Source of the DNA: Naegleria gruberi
Lineage: Eukaryota
Length of the DNA: 64,000 bases
NCBI GenBank assembly: GCA_000004985.1
Contig: GG738909.1
Direction: 5' to 3' (one strand)
Position numbers and translations under genes: made by a program
Notes under the pieces: model-generated
Seen by the model: the letters and a program-made list of their open reading frames with translations, nothing else
What the model was told of the DNA's origin: nothing
Databases searched by the model: none
Shown here: positions 35,267-46,624 of the stretch, piece by piece
How the letters are laid out: every line of letters starts with the position of its first letter
Position numbering within the stretch: the first letter of the stretch is position 1

Positions 35267-36952
35267 ATGACTGAGACAAGTGGTAGGGTTGTTGCTTCTG
35301 CTGATTTGAAAGAGGTGGTTGATGATCAAGTACAACAACATGCTGATGTTGTCGATAATCATCATCAACAACAATATCAGGCTAGTGCCGAGAAGGCTAT
35401 TGCTAATGGTCAATCGGATGTTGTAGTTAATGATGCTCAAGTTTTGGACAAGATGGGAGAAATTACAAAGAATGAAATGAATCAAACAGAGAGGTTTTAT
35501 TTGAGGAAGATTGTTGCCAAGACATGTAGTGATCCACCTAATTTGATAATTTATTCATTGATTATTTTATTTGGGCTATCTTCGTGGATTGCAGTGAATG
35601 GCATCTATTCAGAGATACCTCTATTGGGTTATGTCATGCCAGAAGGGTATGCTATTGCTGTGGATATGAATTTGAGTTTACAATTGGCTAATATTGTCCC
35701 CTTCATGTATTTTGTGTTTATGATTTTCAAAAAGATGATTCAAAGAAAGCTCAAACCAACTACGACAAGGAAGTCAACATTTGACATTGTGGATACAGTA
35801 TCTATTTTGAGCTTATTTGTGATTGGTATTGGAGCATTGATTGGCATGTCGTTTTTGTGGAATATTCCAATTAATGGAAGGTCATGGCCATTTTTAATAA
35901 TGATGTTCTTGGTTGGAGTTAGTGATTGTACCTCAACATTGTTGTTTTATCCATTTGTATTACATTTCAAACATGCTTATTCAAGTGCTCTATTAATTGG
36001 AGAATCCTTAACTGGTTTGATAGCTTCCATTATTTCCATTATTCAAAATTCAACTCCAACACCATTGTTCCCATTTTGGGTATTTTGCATCATTATTGCA
36101 GGTATCACTGCCATTAGTTTGGTTTCTTATTGTTTATTAAGATTTTTACCATACTCTAAAAAGGAATTGAGAAGAGATGTTGATGCTTTGGATGAGGAAA
36201 CAAGAGAATTAATAGTGAAAAAACGACCACTCATGACATGGTCTACCGTAAGGTTGATTTTTTTCCAATTCTTGATAAGCTGTTCTGAAAACGGAGTTGT
36301 TGTTTCAATCATGCCATATGTCTTTGCTCACTACAAACATCATGCCACATTGTTGCAGTATGCTATCACCATAGGTATGATTATCAGCCCAATAGCTAGT
36401 GGCGTTGCTTACCTCGTTCCATTTTACAACTTTTTCATTGCCATGTTCTGCCACTTGATTTGGATTGTTGGTGCTTGCTTTTTAACAGTTATTGCATTCA
36501 ATAATCCAAATCCTCCATTGAAATACTCGACAGCTTTCGGAGGATTCCTAGTGGTCGTGGCCATTCTCACAAAGGGATTCATGTCATTCTGTAAAACAAA
36601 AGAATTTTTACACAGCCATCAAGTCATTGAAAAGCAGGACGAAATGATTTATAAGAAATTATTATTGGAATCTAGAAAAAAGACTGAACAAACTCAACAT
36701 GTGGAAGAAAAACTCGAGCAAATTGAACCAATTAGTACTGAACAACAAGAAGCAACAATCGTTCCTAATGGAGAGGAAATTATTGACCTACCAATCAATC
36801 AAAAGAAATTAACCTTTGGAGAACGTTTAAGAGATGCTCTAACTCAAATGGATTTGAATCCTTTCCGATGTGCTGGTTTTGGAATTCAAATTGGAGCTCT
36901 TGTAGCTACAGTTACAGTGAAATTATTCTCAGACGCTCATTATTTTTCATAA
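35267..36952 (+). CDS. Riboflavin transporter of the SLC52/RFVT family (DUF1011), 10-11 TM helices, with a cytosolic loop and C-terminal tail
   Basis: LIILFGLSSWIAVNGIYSEIPLL, ...DCTSTLLFYPFV..., GESLTGLIASIIS mirror human SLC52A3 ([47 protein letters not shown]). Confidence 0.75.
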   Translation: MTETSGRVVASADLKEVVDDQVQQHADVVDNHHQQQYQASAEKAIANGQSDVVVNDAQVLDKMGEITKNEMNQTERFYLRKIVAKTCSDPPNLIIYSLIILFGLSSWIAVNGIYSEIPLLGYVMPEGYAIAVDMNLSLQLANIVPFMYFVFMIFKKMIQRKLKPTTTRKSTFDIVDTVSILSLFVIGIGALIGMSFLWNIPINGRSWPFLIMMFLVGVSDCTSTLLFYPFVLHFKHAYSSALLIGESLTGLIASIISIIQNSTPTPLFPFWVFCIIIAGITAISLVSYCLLRFLPYSKKELRRDVDALDEETRELIVKKRPLMTWSTVRLIFFQFLISCSENGVVVSIMPYVFAHYKHHATLLQYAITIGMIISPIASGVAYLVPFYNFFIAMFCHLIWIVGACFLTVIAFNNPNPPLKYSTAFGGFLVVVAILTKGFMSFCKTKEFLHSHQVIEKQDEMIYKKLLLESRKKTEQTQHVEEKLEQIEPISTEQQEATIVPNGEEIIDLPINQKKLTFGERLRDALTQMDLNPFRCAGFGIQIGALVATVTVKLFSDAHYFS

Positions 36953-37089
36953 TCAGATATAAAGTAAAATATCTGATTAATTTTCAAAATTTCCAAAAAT
37001 AGCAAAACGTGACCATCACGTTTATGCTACAGACTTATTATCATTCAAGCATTGCGAGCACGTTTTGTTTTCAATAATTAAAAAATAAG

Positions 37090-39816
37090 ATGCAAATGCT
37101 TCACATTTTGATAATAAGCGTTTTCCTCACGTTGTTGACACCAGCCATATGTCAATTTATTCCACCTGATATTGAAGTCAAACCTATTATTACTGGCCTA
37201 AAGGGACCCTCTTCACTCTTTTACCAACACGACAGTCTCTTCATCCTAGCAACTAATCAACAAATTCTACTCAAGACAGACTTTCAATCAAAGCCAAACA
37301 TTATTCTTGGCATTAACAACACTTTTGGATACAATGGAGATGGAAAACTTGCAAAGGACACCACTTTAAGTAATCCTCACGGTTTACATGTGAATGGCTC
37401 GTTCATTTATATTCCAGATAAATGGAGTCAGCGCTTGAGAATGGTCAACAAGGAAACAATGATTGTTCAAACAATTGCTGGAAATGGAATCTGTGGTTTC
37501 AGTGGTGATGGACAAAAAGTTGGAGTGCCAAATACACAATTGTGTAATCCACAAGGAGTTTTTGTGGAGAAAAATGAGATTTATATTGCAGATACTTTCA
37601 ACAATAGAATTAGAAAGATAGATTCGAATAATTTTCTTTCGACTGTTGTAGGGTCTAGCTCAATTGGTGGGTTTTCAGGGGATGGAGGTCTAGCAACAAA
37701 CGCCAAACTCTTTAGACCTGAATCTGTATTTGTGTATATGAATCAAGGCCAAACTGATATATTGATTGCCGACACTTTTAATAATAGAATCAGATTAGTC
37801 AAGAATGGTATAACCTCAACAATAGCAGGCGGAAATACCCAAGGATACAATGGAGATGGTATTCTTGCTAAAGATGCGTATCTATGTCAACCTAGCTCTG
37901 TATTTGTTACAACAGTTGGTGAAAGTCTTATTGCTGATTATTGTAATCACAAAATTAGAAGAATTTTCACAAATGGAACGATAACTAGTTTACCAATACA
38001 GGTCAGATATCCAAAATCCATTTTTCTTGATCAAACAAATGGCAATCTTTACATCTCTGAATTGGTTGATGGGACAGTTCAACAAGTGACATTTTACTGT
38101 AAAGAAGGATACAAATTGAATGATTTTCTTGTATGTGAACCTGTTTGCCAACAATCATGCAATACGAAAGGTAAATGTTTGGCTCCTGATGTTTGTGAAT
38201 GTCAGGACAGATACTATGGTGAGTTCTGTGAGGAGTTTACATGTTTTGGAATCTCAAAGGATCATCCAATGGTTTGTTCTGGACATGGATCTTGTATTTC
38301 TCCTGATTCATGTGAATGTGAAGTTAATTACTTTAACAGTAACTGCTCAGCAACTTCTTGCTTTGGAAAGAACTCAACCGAGCCATCTGTTTGCAATTCA
38401 CATGGTAAATGCACTTTATTCAACACATGTAAATGTGAATTCAACAAATATGGTGGCAATGAGTGTGAAATTCCTCTATGCAATGGAAAAAACTCTTCAG
38501 ATCCCAATGCATGCTCTGGTAATGGATTCTGTAGCACTGTCGTTTCTCCCGCTTCATGCATTTGCACTCGAGATATGAGTGGAGCATATGTAGGATCTGA
38601 TTGTCAATACCCAACCTGTATTTCAATCCCCTCTTACGAACCGAGAGTTTGCAGTGGAAATGGTCGTTGCTATGGATTTAATTTGTGTGAATGCAAAGAA
38701 GGATACGAAGGACTGTTTTGTGAATCAGTTACATGTGGAACTGGTTGCAAGATAGCTGCTTCAATTCCTGCGAGCGTTGTAGTCGGAGTTTGTGGTGTTA
38801 TTAGTTTGGTTTTGTTTCTGACGAGAACGAAACTGAAAGAATTTGCTAAAAAGCTCACATATACTGAACTTAAAGATATAGAGATAGTACCTTATCAACA
38901 TTTCTACATTGCTACAGAAGATGAAAAATACGAATACAAACTCAAAAGAATATTAGGAAAGGGAGGATTTGGTAAAATTTATGTTTTTGATGAGATTAGT
39001 GATGGGCAAACCATTGAAGTTGCAGTGAAAATCGTTGAGTCAGTTGATATGTCTGTTCTTAATGAGCCTACAACTATGAGTAGGTTACAACATACCCATA
39101 TTGTACCTATTCGTCGTTTTACAATTGTTGGTGATGGAAAGTATACTTGTTTAATTATGCCACTGTATCTCTGTGATTTGAGAAAGTGGTCTCAAAGCTC
39201 ATTGATGACCATTGAACTGATTATTGAAATTGTTAAGCAAACTGCCTTCAATATCTGCACAATATGAATATGGTCCATAGAGATCTGAAACCAGAAAACA
39301 TACTAGTTGAATCTCCAAATCCTTCACAGGATACGATCATTGATATATCCTCATTCCACTTGCGTGTTGGCGATTGGGGATCAGCCAGATTCGAATCTGT
39401 TGAGACAAGCAATGGTTTCACAGCACAGTACTGCTCACCAGAACATTTTCAAGAAGGAATAACTTCCTGCAACAAGAGTGATATTTGGAGTCTTGGATGT
39501 ATTCTCTATCAATTACTCTCATCAGATTACGAATCGAAACTAAATGTAGTGAAACAAAAAACTCAAAGTGATGAAGACGATAAGGAAATTAGGGAAACAG
39601 TAAGGGGAATGACCAAACTGGATGATTCATTCAAGCTTAATTCCATGTGTGATTTAATGCTAAATATGATCAAGTTCAACCCAGAGGAAAGGTAAGTTTG
39701 CTTTGAATCTAATAATCTTAATCATAATGGATAGAATATCTGCTGATGAAATATTGCACAGATTGAGTACCATTAATAATCAGTCAATGGATATAGCTCA
39801 GAATTCTGGCAATTAA
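37090..39816 (+). CDS. Receptor-like Ser/Thr protein kinase. Layout: signal peptide, NHL beta-propeller, 7-8 EGF/tenascin-type Cys repeats, TM, kinase. The catalytic domain is interrupted by a -1 frameshift near 39250. The final small exon 39735..39816 follows a 43-nt intron.
   Basis: Signal MQMLHILIISVFLTLLTPAIC. NHL units (FNNRIRKIDS..., ADTFNNRIRLV..., YCNHKIRRI). EGF-like CxxxGxCxxxxxCxC repeats. TM VVGVCGVISLVLFLT. Kinase motifs LGKGGFGKIY..VAVKIV. The frame then changes between ...LIIEIVKQTA and LQYLHNMNMVHRDLKPENILV..DWGSA..., which are two overlapping track ORFs (37090..39267 and 39264..39695). Then ...FNPEER|GTAAGT..ATAG|ISADEILHRL. Confidence 0.75.
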
Positions 39817-39939
39817 GTATTCACTCTTTTAACACAATACAATATGAATTATTCAGAGGCATTTTCCATACATTTTTGTTAGTATCCTGTCAACCTTAAA
39901 ATTCCAATTTCGAATAATCATTTTAAAAAAATTCTCATC

Positions 39940-41161
39940 ATGTCCTTCGATCTTCTTCCATACGACGTTCAAGGTCACATCCTAAGTTTTCTTTCCTTCC
40001 GAAATGGAGTCAAATGGATGTTCATCTCCAAAGTTTGGTACCAATTATTGAGAGAACATTTATTTTCTCAATATTATTATTGTATTACACTTTATGGAGA
40101 TAACTATTTGCAAAGGCAGGGTCATGCTGCTGTTCCGTATGGTGAGGATAAGTTGATTTTGTTTGCAGGATATGATGGTCATGTAACTGATGAACAGGTA
40201 AGTTGATTGTAAAGTTTTTAATAATATTAAAATGTTTATTGTATATTTTTTCATTACATAGACCAACGAATTGATGGTTTATGATTTGAAAAAAGATTAT
40301 CTTAAACACTTACAAAGATTATCAAAAAACTCCAAAAAAGTTCCAATAGGAAGATCTTTCTTTCCAATGTGTTCTATTGGAAACAATGAATTTGTTTTGA
40401 ATGGAGGATATTGTGACTTCATAACTGATAAGCAGTTGAACGATACTTGGACAATCTCCATTCAAAATAACAATCAACTCGAATGGAAACAAGTCAATCA
40501 AAGTGGTGAAATTCCACCCATTATGGACACCCATTCACTGGTTCACTACAATGGATATTTAGTTTTATTTGGAGGAAGTCAATCAGTTTCTGATGAATTT
40601 CAAAGTGTTTATCATGATATCTATGTTATGAAATTAGAAACTGGAGTTTGGTATAAATTGATATTGGATAGAAATAGTATTTCACCTGGGAATATCACTG
40701 GTCATACAGCACATTTAATTGAAGGAACAAATCAAATGATTTTATTTGGAGGACGAACAAATCAAGGAATTCAAAATCAAATTTGGATTCTTCACATTGT
40801 TTTACCAGATAATTCCAAATATTTCCAAGAATATTCAAAATGGGAATTAGTTAAACCAGTTTCCAAATTAATTCCACAACCAACACTTTATCATGCCTCT
40901 GTTTTGGTTGGTGATGAATTATTTATTTTCGGTGGATGGTCCACCTATAGCTCAACTAATCAATTTCTTGCATTCAATTACAAAACAAGAAACTGGAGAG
41001 ACCTTTCAAAATTAGTAATTGGTCGGACAATCAAAGAAGAATTGCCTTATTCATATGGACATACTTTGACTCTGGTGGGAAATAAGATTGTTTTGATTGG
41101 AGGATGTGGAATTAATGGTTATCAAAAGAATGTTTTAGTTTTTCTTTCATTGAAAAACTAA
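39940..41161 (+). CDS. F-box/Kelch-repeat protein. Two exons: 39940..40197 and 40262..41161.
   Basis: N-terminal LLPYDVQGHILSFLSFRNGVKWMFISKVWYQLL is F-box-like. Intron CAG|GTAAGT...ACATAG| in phase 0. Downstream repeated Kelch-type units (GGY..., W....GE.P..., H..V.Y.G.L.LFGG). Confidence 0.75.
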
Positions 41162-41193
41162 ATAATCTAGAAGAAAGTTCCTAAGGATGAAAT

Positions 41194-42176
41194 TTAATGT
41201 TTATGATCCAATTCGAATATGTAAAAGTCATAAACTGGTTTGAAACCAAACTTTTCATAAATTCCAATTCCCATTTCAGTTGCTTCTAAAACCATTTTCG
41301 TGTAACCTAATTGTTTGGCCATGTCTATCATTGAAACCATGAGAATGGTTGCAAATCCTTGGTTTCTGTGTCCATCACGAGTTGCCAAATGATTAATAGA
41401 AGCAACATGTTTTCCCATCACTAATTTTCCACAAGCAACTATTTCCACTTGTCCATTCGAAAGTTTTTGCTTAATTCCAACAGTGAAACTTTTCACAGAC
41501 GAATCTGGAGCAACTGTCGAAGTATCATTTCTAATAATTTCCTTCAAATTATCAGAAATTTGTGGAACACCACTAAATGCATCGGATTGACAAGTCCAAA
41601 ACTGAACCATTTCCTCTGGACTTTTCATTTCTACCAATTCGAATGATTTCTTCTCATTTTCACAAATCTTTCGTCCAGAAAATATTGGAATTGACGAGTA
41701 TTCCATATTTTCCACCATCCATCTTCTCTTTTCCTGATAATATTCAGTCAAATCTTGAATTTGTAAAAGCATGACAGTTTGCATTGTCAAGCTAGAAAAG
41801 CATTCTTTCAAATTCATCTTTTCAAGCTAGAAAAGCATTCTTTCAAATTCATCTTTTTGTAAATGTAAGTGGAGCCAAATTTCAATCGTTCTTGAACTTT
41901 TTCACTCCACAGCAATTGGTATTCTTGTAAGAGAGTCAAATTTTCACTTGTGGCCATATTAATCTTGCAATAATAAAACTGTGGAGTGCCATTGAGTCCT
42001 AAATTTGAAATCCTCGTGGCTGTGTCCATCACATCCTTGGTGTATCCACCAAAAACCTCCAGATACTCCAATCCTACCAATTCAAAGTGACTCATCGTGG
42101 CGTGAGAAGTCGTAAACTCTGCAAAACTATCCTGCACCATACTCATGAGTGCATTCTCTCCTTCCAAACTTGCCAT
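41194..42176 (-). pseudogene. GNAT-family N-acetyltransferase gene split into two ORFs by a frameshifting 35-bp perfect tandem duplication
   Basis: Downstream ORF (41194..41817) carries the GNAT acetyl-CoA motif RNQGFATILMVSMIDMAKQLGYTKMVLEATEMGIGIYEKFGF. The upstream ORF (41814..42176) ends ...YIYKKMNLKECFSSLKR*. The downstream ORF begins MNLKECFSSLTMQTV, because the segment is duplicated. Deleting one copy restores a single ORF of about 315 aa. Confidence 0.6.
41787..41856. repeat. Perfect 2 x 35-bp tandem duplication (tcaagctagaaaagcattctttcaaattcatcttt) inside the GNAT gene
   Basis: Direct reading of 41787-41821 versus 41822-41856. 35 is not a multiple of 3, so the duplication frameshifts the reading frame. 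Confidence 0.85.
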
Positions 42177-43436
42177 TTTCGTGTTTTAAATTTTCAAACT
42201 ATTGTGAGCGGTATTATTAATATTTGTTACATAAAAAAACAATATTTTGCAAATCTTATATGTTGTGGGCTATGAAGCAGTTTCTAGCACAGTGCAAGTT
42301 ACTCGTTTTTTTTGAATCAAAAAAAGAATGCACTAGACGGAGTATTTAATGTACAAATAAGGATGTGATATGAGAAAGAGGAATGGACTAATAAGGACGT
42401 CAGGCAAAGAGAGGTTTTGGTTCAAGATTGGTTGAGGCACTGACAATATAAATTGAAATTTGGTTATTAATGTCTCTTGCATCGTAAAGACCTGAGAGAC
42501 GATGTCAGTCTACAACCATTAAGTTTAGGGTGGATGTTAAGTGGTTGGTTGGACTGAGTCTGTCTGTGGTATTTCCTGGTTAACAGTGAAGCTTGTAACA
42601 AATTGAGTTCCACTACAAATTAACAGCAAGCTTGTGACTTGGCTTGAAATTGAAATTCCCAAGTTGAGAGGAATCTTAGTTATCAAAACATGGAAACGAA
42701 TCTTGTTAAGGTTAAATTAACTGTCGCATGCGGCATACATTTCATCCCTACACTTGCACTGAAAAGATTTTTTTGTCAATACCTTAAGTTGACCAATTTT
42801 GTTTTTTTCAACATCTTTGTAAAAGACCTTTCGTCTACAGTTTAGGTGAACCTTGGACTACGGTTCCTACTACTGTTTTTTGACCATATTGGCAGAACTA
42901 ACACCATACTTGTTAAGCCACAAGATATAGTTGTGCGGTGCCAAATATTGAAATTTGTCAAAAGTCACAAAATTCTTCTTATTGAAATAGTGCTGAACAC
43001 CACAAATATTTTGGAAAACACCATTTCCACGTAAATATTAATTACCTTTTCAATTTTTATGTATCCATATTTCTTTCCATGTCAACATCCCTATTTATAA
43101 AATATTAAAATATTGAAGAGTGACAGTTCACATAGCCATGTAAATTGTAAATTGAAACTATTTTAAATTCTGTAGTTGTACTGTAGAAATACTGTAGTGT
43201 TAGTAGTTGGCTTACAATTAACTACATTATTACTATGCTTATTAATATTTTTTTCAAGTTGACCAAATTTTGACAAGTATTATATTAGTTTCTCAACACT
43301 ATTACAAGATAAACAAATAGTTTACTAATAGTTTCTTATAAAACTATTCTAAACATTTCATTCCATAAAATTGCAAGTCAACCAAGTGTTAAAAATTTCA
43401 ATTTAACAATTTTATTGTACAAGTTTTTTGTTGAAT

Positions 43437-44189
43437 TTAATTCAACCAAGATTGACAGGTAGTTACATCACCTCTCTTTGCAGTTCCAACAGGTGGGAAT
43501 CTCAACCATTCTCTCATTGACACTTGACTTTTACCTAATGTGGAATCATGCATTGGCATGGTGACAACACCTTGAGAAGCACCAACTCCCCATTCAGGGG
43601 AATACAAATCAAAGATAATATTACGTGAGTGATCGAGATTTTGTTGAGCATCTCTCCAACCTTCTTGGAAAGTTTGACTGGTGACTTTGATTGGTTCAGT
43701 AAACTTGGTATTGTTAGCTCTGTAATAGAATGAATAGTAACCAAATTGTGCAATGGCATCCTTTGGAATTGGATATTGAGTCAATGGATCAACGTTAGTG
43801 GAATTCAAACTGACAACTGTCAACATGTCAGCATAAACTCTAATCAATGGACTGCCAAAGAATCTAGATTTGTTAGTAACAGCACCAACTACTGAATATC
43901 CCTCAAAACTTCCCTTTTCCAATCTGAAATATTTTGGTTGACTGTTGGCATTTGTAAAATCAATTCCAAATCTGGTTTTAAAAAATTGCAAACCTTCATT
44001 CAACTTGGCATTTGTAAAACGTTGAGTATTCAATGGATATTCCATTCTCTTTGGAATCAAATCGAATGGTAAAGCATCATCAAATAATAAACTCAATTCT
44101 GCATCTAAAAGTTTACTTGGATCGCAAGCTGCTGATGTGAAATTTACAATACAGCTTAGCAATAATAATGTTACAAGGAGTTTGTACAT
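43437..44189 (-). CDS. Secreted hypothetical protein (250 aa) with signal peptide; N-terminal region resembles the pre-domain of the divergent neighbour gene
   Basis: MYKLLVTLLLLSCIVNFTSAACDP is a signal peptide. DPxxLLDA...YP...FxxxFGIDFT pattern shared with 44687..46624 (DPQEFDAQ...YP...FYRNQYGLDIS). Confidence 0.55.
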   Translation of the reverse strand: MYKLLVTLLLLSCIVNFTSAACDPSKLLDAELSLLFDDALPFDLIPKRMEYPLNTQRFTNAKLNEGLQFFKTRFGIDFTNANSQPKYFRLEKGSFEGYSVVGAVTNKSRFFGSPLIRVYADMLTVVSLNSTNVDPLTQYPIPKDAIAQFGYYSFYYRANNTKFTEPIKVTSQTFQEGWRDAQQNLDHSRNIIFDLYSPEWGVGASQGVVTMPMHDSTLGKSQVSMREWLRFPPVGTAKRGDVTTCQSWLN

Positions 44190-44686
44190 GATGTGGAGTG
44201 TGTGTTTGGTTGTTTTTTTTTGGATTTTGTTTATTGAAATGAAGATTGATTGGCGTTTTGTTGAAATTGAGTGACTTGTGGCAGGCTGAATTGATTGAGG
44301 ATCTAATTATACGACAGGAAGGCGCTGTTCTCTGTTACATTATGAAATCGCCCACTATTTATTATTGAACATGTTTGTAAATCTAAGAGTTTTGCTTCCT
44401 TTTTAAAAAACATGTCACTTGCCAATAAAATATAAAAAGTAATGTTTTAATAAACAAAGAAGGAAACAGCCATGTAAGTAAACTAAATAACCTGCTCCTA
44501 TTTAAAATACCGACCTGAAATGTTGATGTGTTCAAGAACGCCAGCTGTCACTTCAACTCATTTCACACACAACCTGCCTCAATAACCAGAGAACTCGATT
44601 CTTTAAATACCTACACCAAACAACTCCAAATACCTTTCACAACACAAAAAAACAAAACAACTTGTATAATAATTAAACTGTATAAT

Positions 44687-46624
44687 ATGTCAGCAAAACA
44701 ACTGACACGATTCCTCGTGTTTACAATGCTGCTGATGATTTCAACACTCATCATGATGGTAAGCTCCTACTCACCTACCACAGAAACTGATCCACAAGAA
44801 TTCGATGCTCAATTCCACTTGTCATACTTGGCAGATGGCATCCAAGCAGGTGACATTGCTCCAATCACTCGTTATCCAGATGCCTATGAAAAAGCCACTT
44901 CTTTCTATAGAAATCAATATGGTTTAGATATCTCTGATAATGGTTCTCGTCTCCCACCTGGCACTCAATTTTTCACATCAGTCGGTGATAAATATGTCGT
45001 TGAATATGCAAAGGTTCGTGGTTATCCAACTTTGGCTGGTTCTCAAGATTTGGGAGTGTATGATGATGCCTTTGCTATCATGCTCACTCAACCACTTGTT
45101 GTTCATGGTGCTTATGGAGGTAAGAATGGTACTTGGGTTGATAGTGGCTCAGTATTGCCATTTGGGTTTTATACCTATTTTTGGAAGGTTAATGGAACGA
45201 CTGCCTTTCCAAGAATTACTTGGTCTAGTCCAATGCCAATGAGAATTTCAGCTGATGGTTCATTGGTTGTCGATTGTGAATTGACTTCAAATATTTGGGG
45301 TAAAGGAATGGCTAGAGGTTTGAATTTGATTAGAATTAATCCTGCCACTGGTCAATATTATGTCTCTGTTGTCAGTTCTCATACTTTCCCAGTTAGTCAA
45401 ACTGATATTAGTCCAAAATGTGCTGCCATTACCACTGAAAAGGATATTTTCAATGAAGATTTCATTATCAAGTGGAATAATGTCTTGTTGGCAACTGTCA
45501 GAGATTTCAAAGTTGCTCCACCTGTTGCTTCCAGAGCTATGGCTATTGTTCACTCTGCTGTTGATGATGCTTTGGGTTTCTGTAGAAGATTGAGATATAC
45601 TGGTAGACCATGTGATTATGCCACCATTGCTACAACTGTTTCCTATGCTGCTCATAGAGTTCTTGGTCAATTGTTCCCAAATAATATTGATTGTTATACT
45701 GCTGCTTTAAAGAGCGCTTTGAAATGTAATGGTTGTCAAGAATATGAAAGCTCAGAATTAACTAGAATTGGTAAGGTTGCAATCTTGGCTGCCGATAGAG
45801 TTTTGAGATCGAGAGATAATGATGGTAGTTCTGATTTTGTTGATTATCAATTCAGAGATGGTCCAATGGATTATCAAAGTCATGCTCCAAACTATGTCAG
45901 AATTCCATTGTTGCCTCAATGGTCAGCTGTTGAACCATTTGGAATTCAAGATGTTGAAAGTTTCAGACAAGGTCCTCCACCACAAATTGGAACTCCTGCA
46001 TTCGAAACTGCCTATGATGAAGTTTTCTTGTACGGTAGAAATGATTCGAGCGTTAGAACCTTCGATCAAAGAAGAATTTCTTGGTTCTGGGATGATGGTG
46101 CAGGTACTGCCACTCCACCAGGTCACTGGAATGTCATCCTTCAATCAATTATTAGAAGTCAAGGAATTACTGACACTTTCAAGATTTCAGCCATGTTCAA
46201 ACTCTTGGGTTGTTCAGTTGCTGATGCTGGTATCGTCTCTTGGGATCACAAATATTTCTATAATGCCCTTCGTCCAGTAACTGCTGTCAATAACAGAAAT
46301 AGAAATCTCAATTGGTTCCCTCTCTTGGCCACTCCACCATTCCCAGAATATACAAGTGGACACTCAACATTCTCTGGAGCTGCTGCCAGAATTTTGAGTT
46401 TATTGTTGGGTAGTGATGATATAACCTTTGATGTGACAAGTGATGGTTACAAGTATCACACCAGAACTTTTAACAGATTGTCAGATGCTGCTAAGGAAGC
46501 TGGTAAATCAAGAATTTATGGTGGTATTCATTTTGAATATGCCAATCAAGCTGGTTGGAATTCTGGTGTTGCTGTTGCCAATGCTGTTTACAATCAATTG
46601 TGTAGAAATGGAAATTGTCTTTAA
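44687..46624 (+). CDS. Secreted/membrane-anchored PAP2-superfamily protein with vanadium-haloperoxidase/acid-phosphatase-like C-terminal catalytic motifs
   Basis: First ATG of the track ORF is at 44687 (MSAKQLTRFLVFTMLLMISTLIMMV, a signal/anchor). C-terminal KYFYNALRP (KxxxxxxRP), YTSGHSTFSGAAA (SGH) and SRIYGGIHFEYA (SRxxxGxH, with A where the canonical D sits). Confidence 0.6.
   Translation: MSAKQLTRFLVFTMLLMISTLIMMVSSYSPTTETDPQEFDAQFHLSYLADGIQAGDIAPITRYPDAYEKATSFYRNQYGLDISDNGSRLPPGTQFFTSVGDKYVVEYAKVRGYPTLAGSQDLGVYDDAFAIMLTQPLVVHGAYGGKNGTWVDSGSVLPFGFYTYFWKVNGTTAFPRITWSSPMPMRISADGSLVVDCELTSNIWGKGMARGLNLIRINPATGQYYVSVVSSHTFPVSQTDISPKCAAITTEKDIFNEDFIIKWNNVLLATVRDFKVAPPVASRAMAIVHSAVDDALGFCRRLRYTGRPCDYATIATTVSYAAHRVLGQLFPNNIDCYTAALKSALKCNGCQEYESSELTRIGKVAILAADRVLRSRDNDGSSDFVDYQFRDGPMDYQSHAPNYVRIPLLPQWSAVEPFGIQDVESFRQGPPPQIGTPAFETAYDEVFLYGRNDSSVRTFDQRRISWFWDDGAGTATPPGHWNVILQSIIRSQGITDTFKISAMFKLLGCSVADAGIVSWDHKYFYNALRPVTAVNNRNRNLNWFPLLATPPFPEYTSGHSTFSGAAARILSLLLGSDDITFDVTSDGYKYHTRTFNRLSDAAKEAGKSRIYGGIHFEYANQAGWNSGVAVANAVYNQLCRNGNCL

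Noticed and set aside
39240-39270. Considered an intron to explain the kinase frame change
   Set aside because: The two frames abut within about 10 nt, inside a contiguous kinase subdomain (..IVKQTA/LQYLH..). There is no room for GT...AG, so it is a true frameshift or a sequencing indel.
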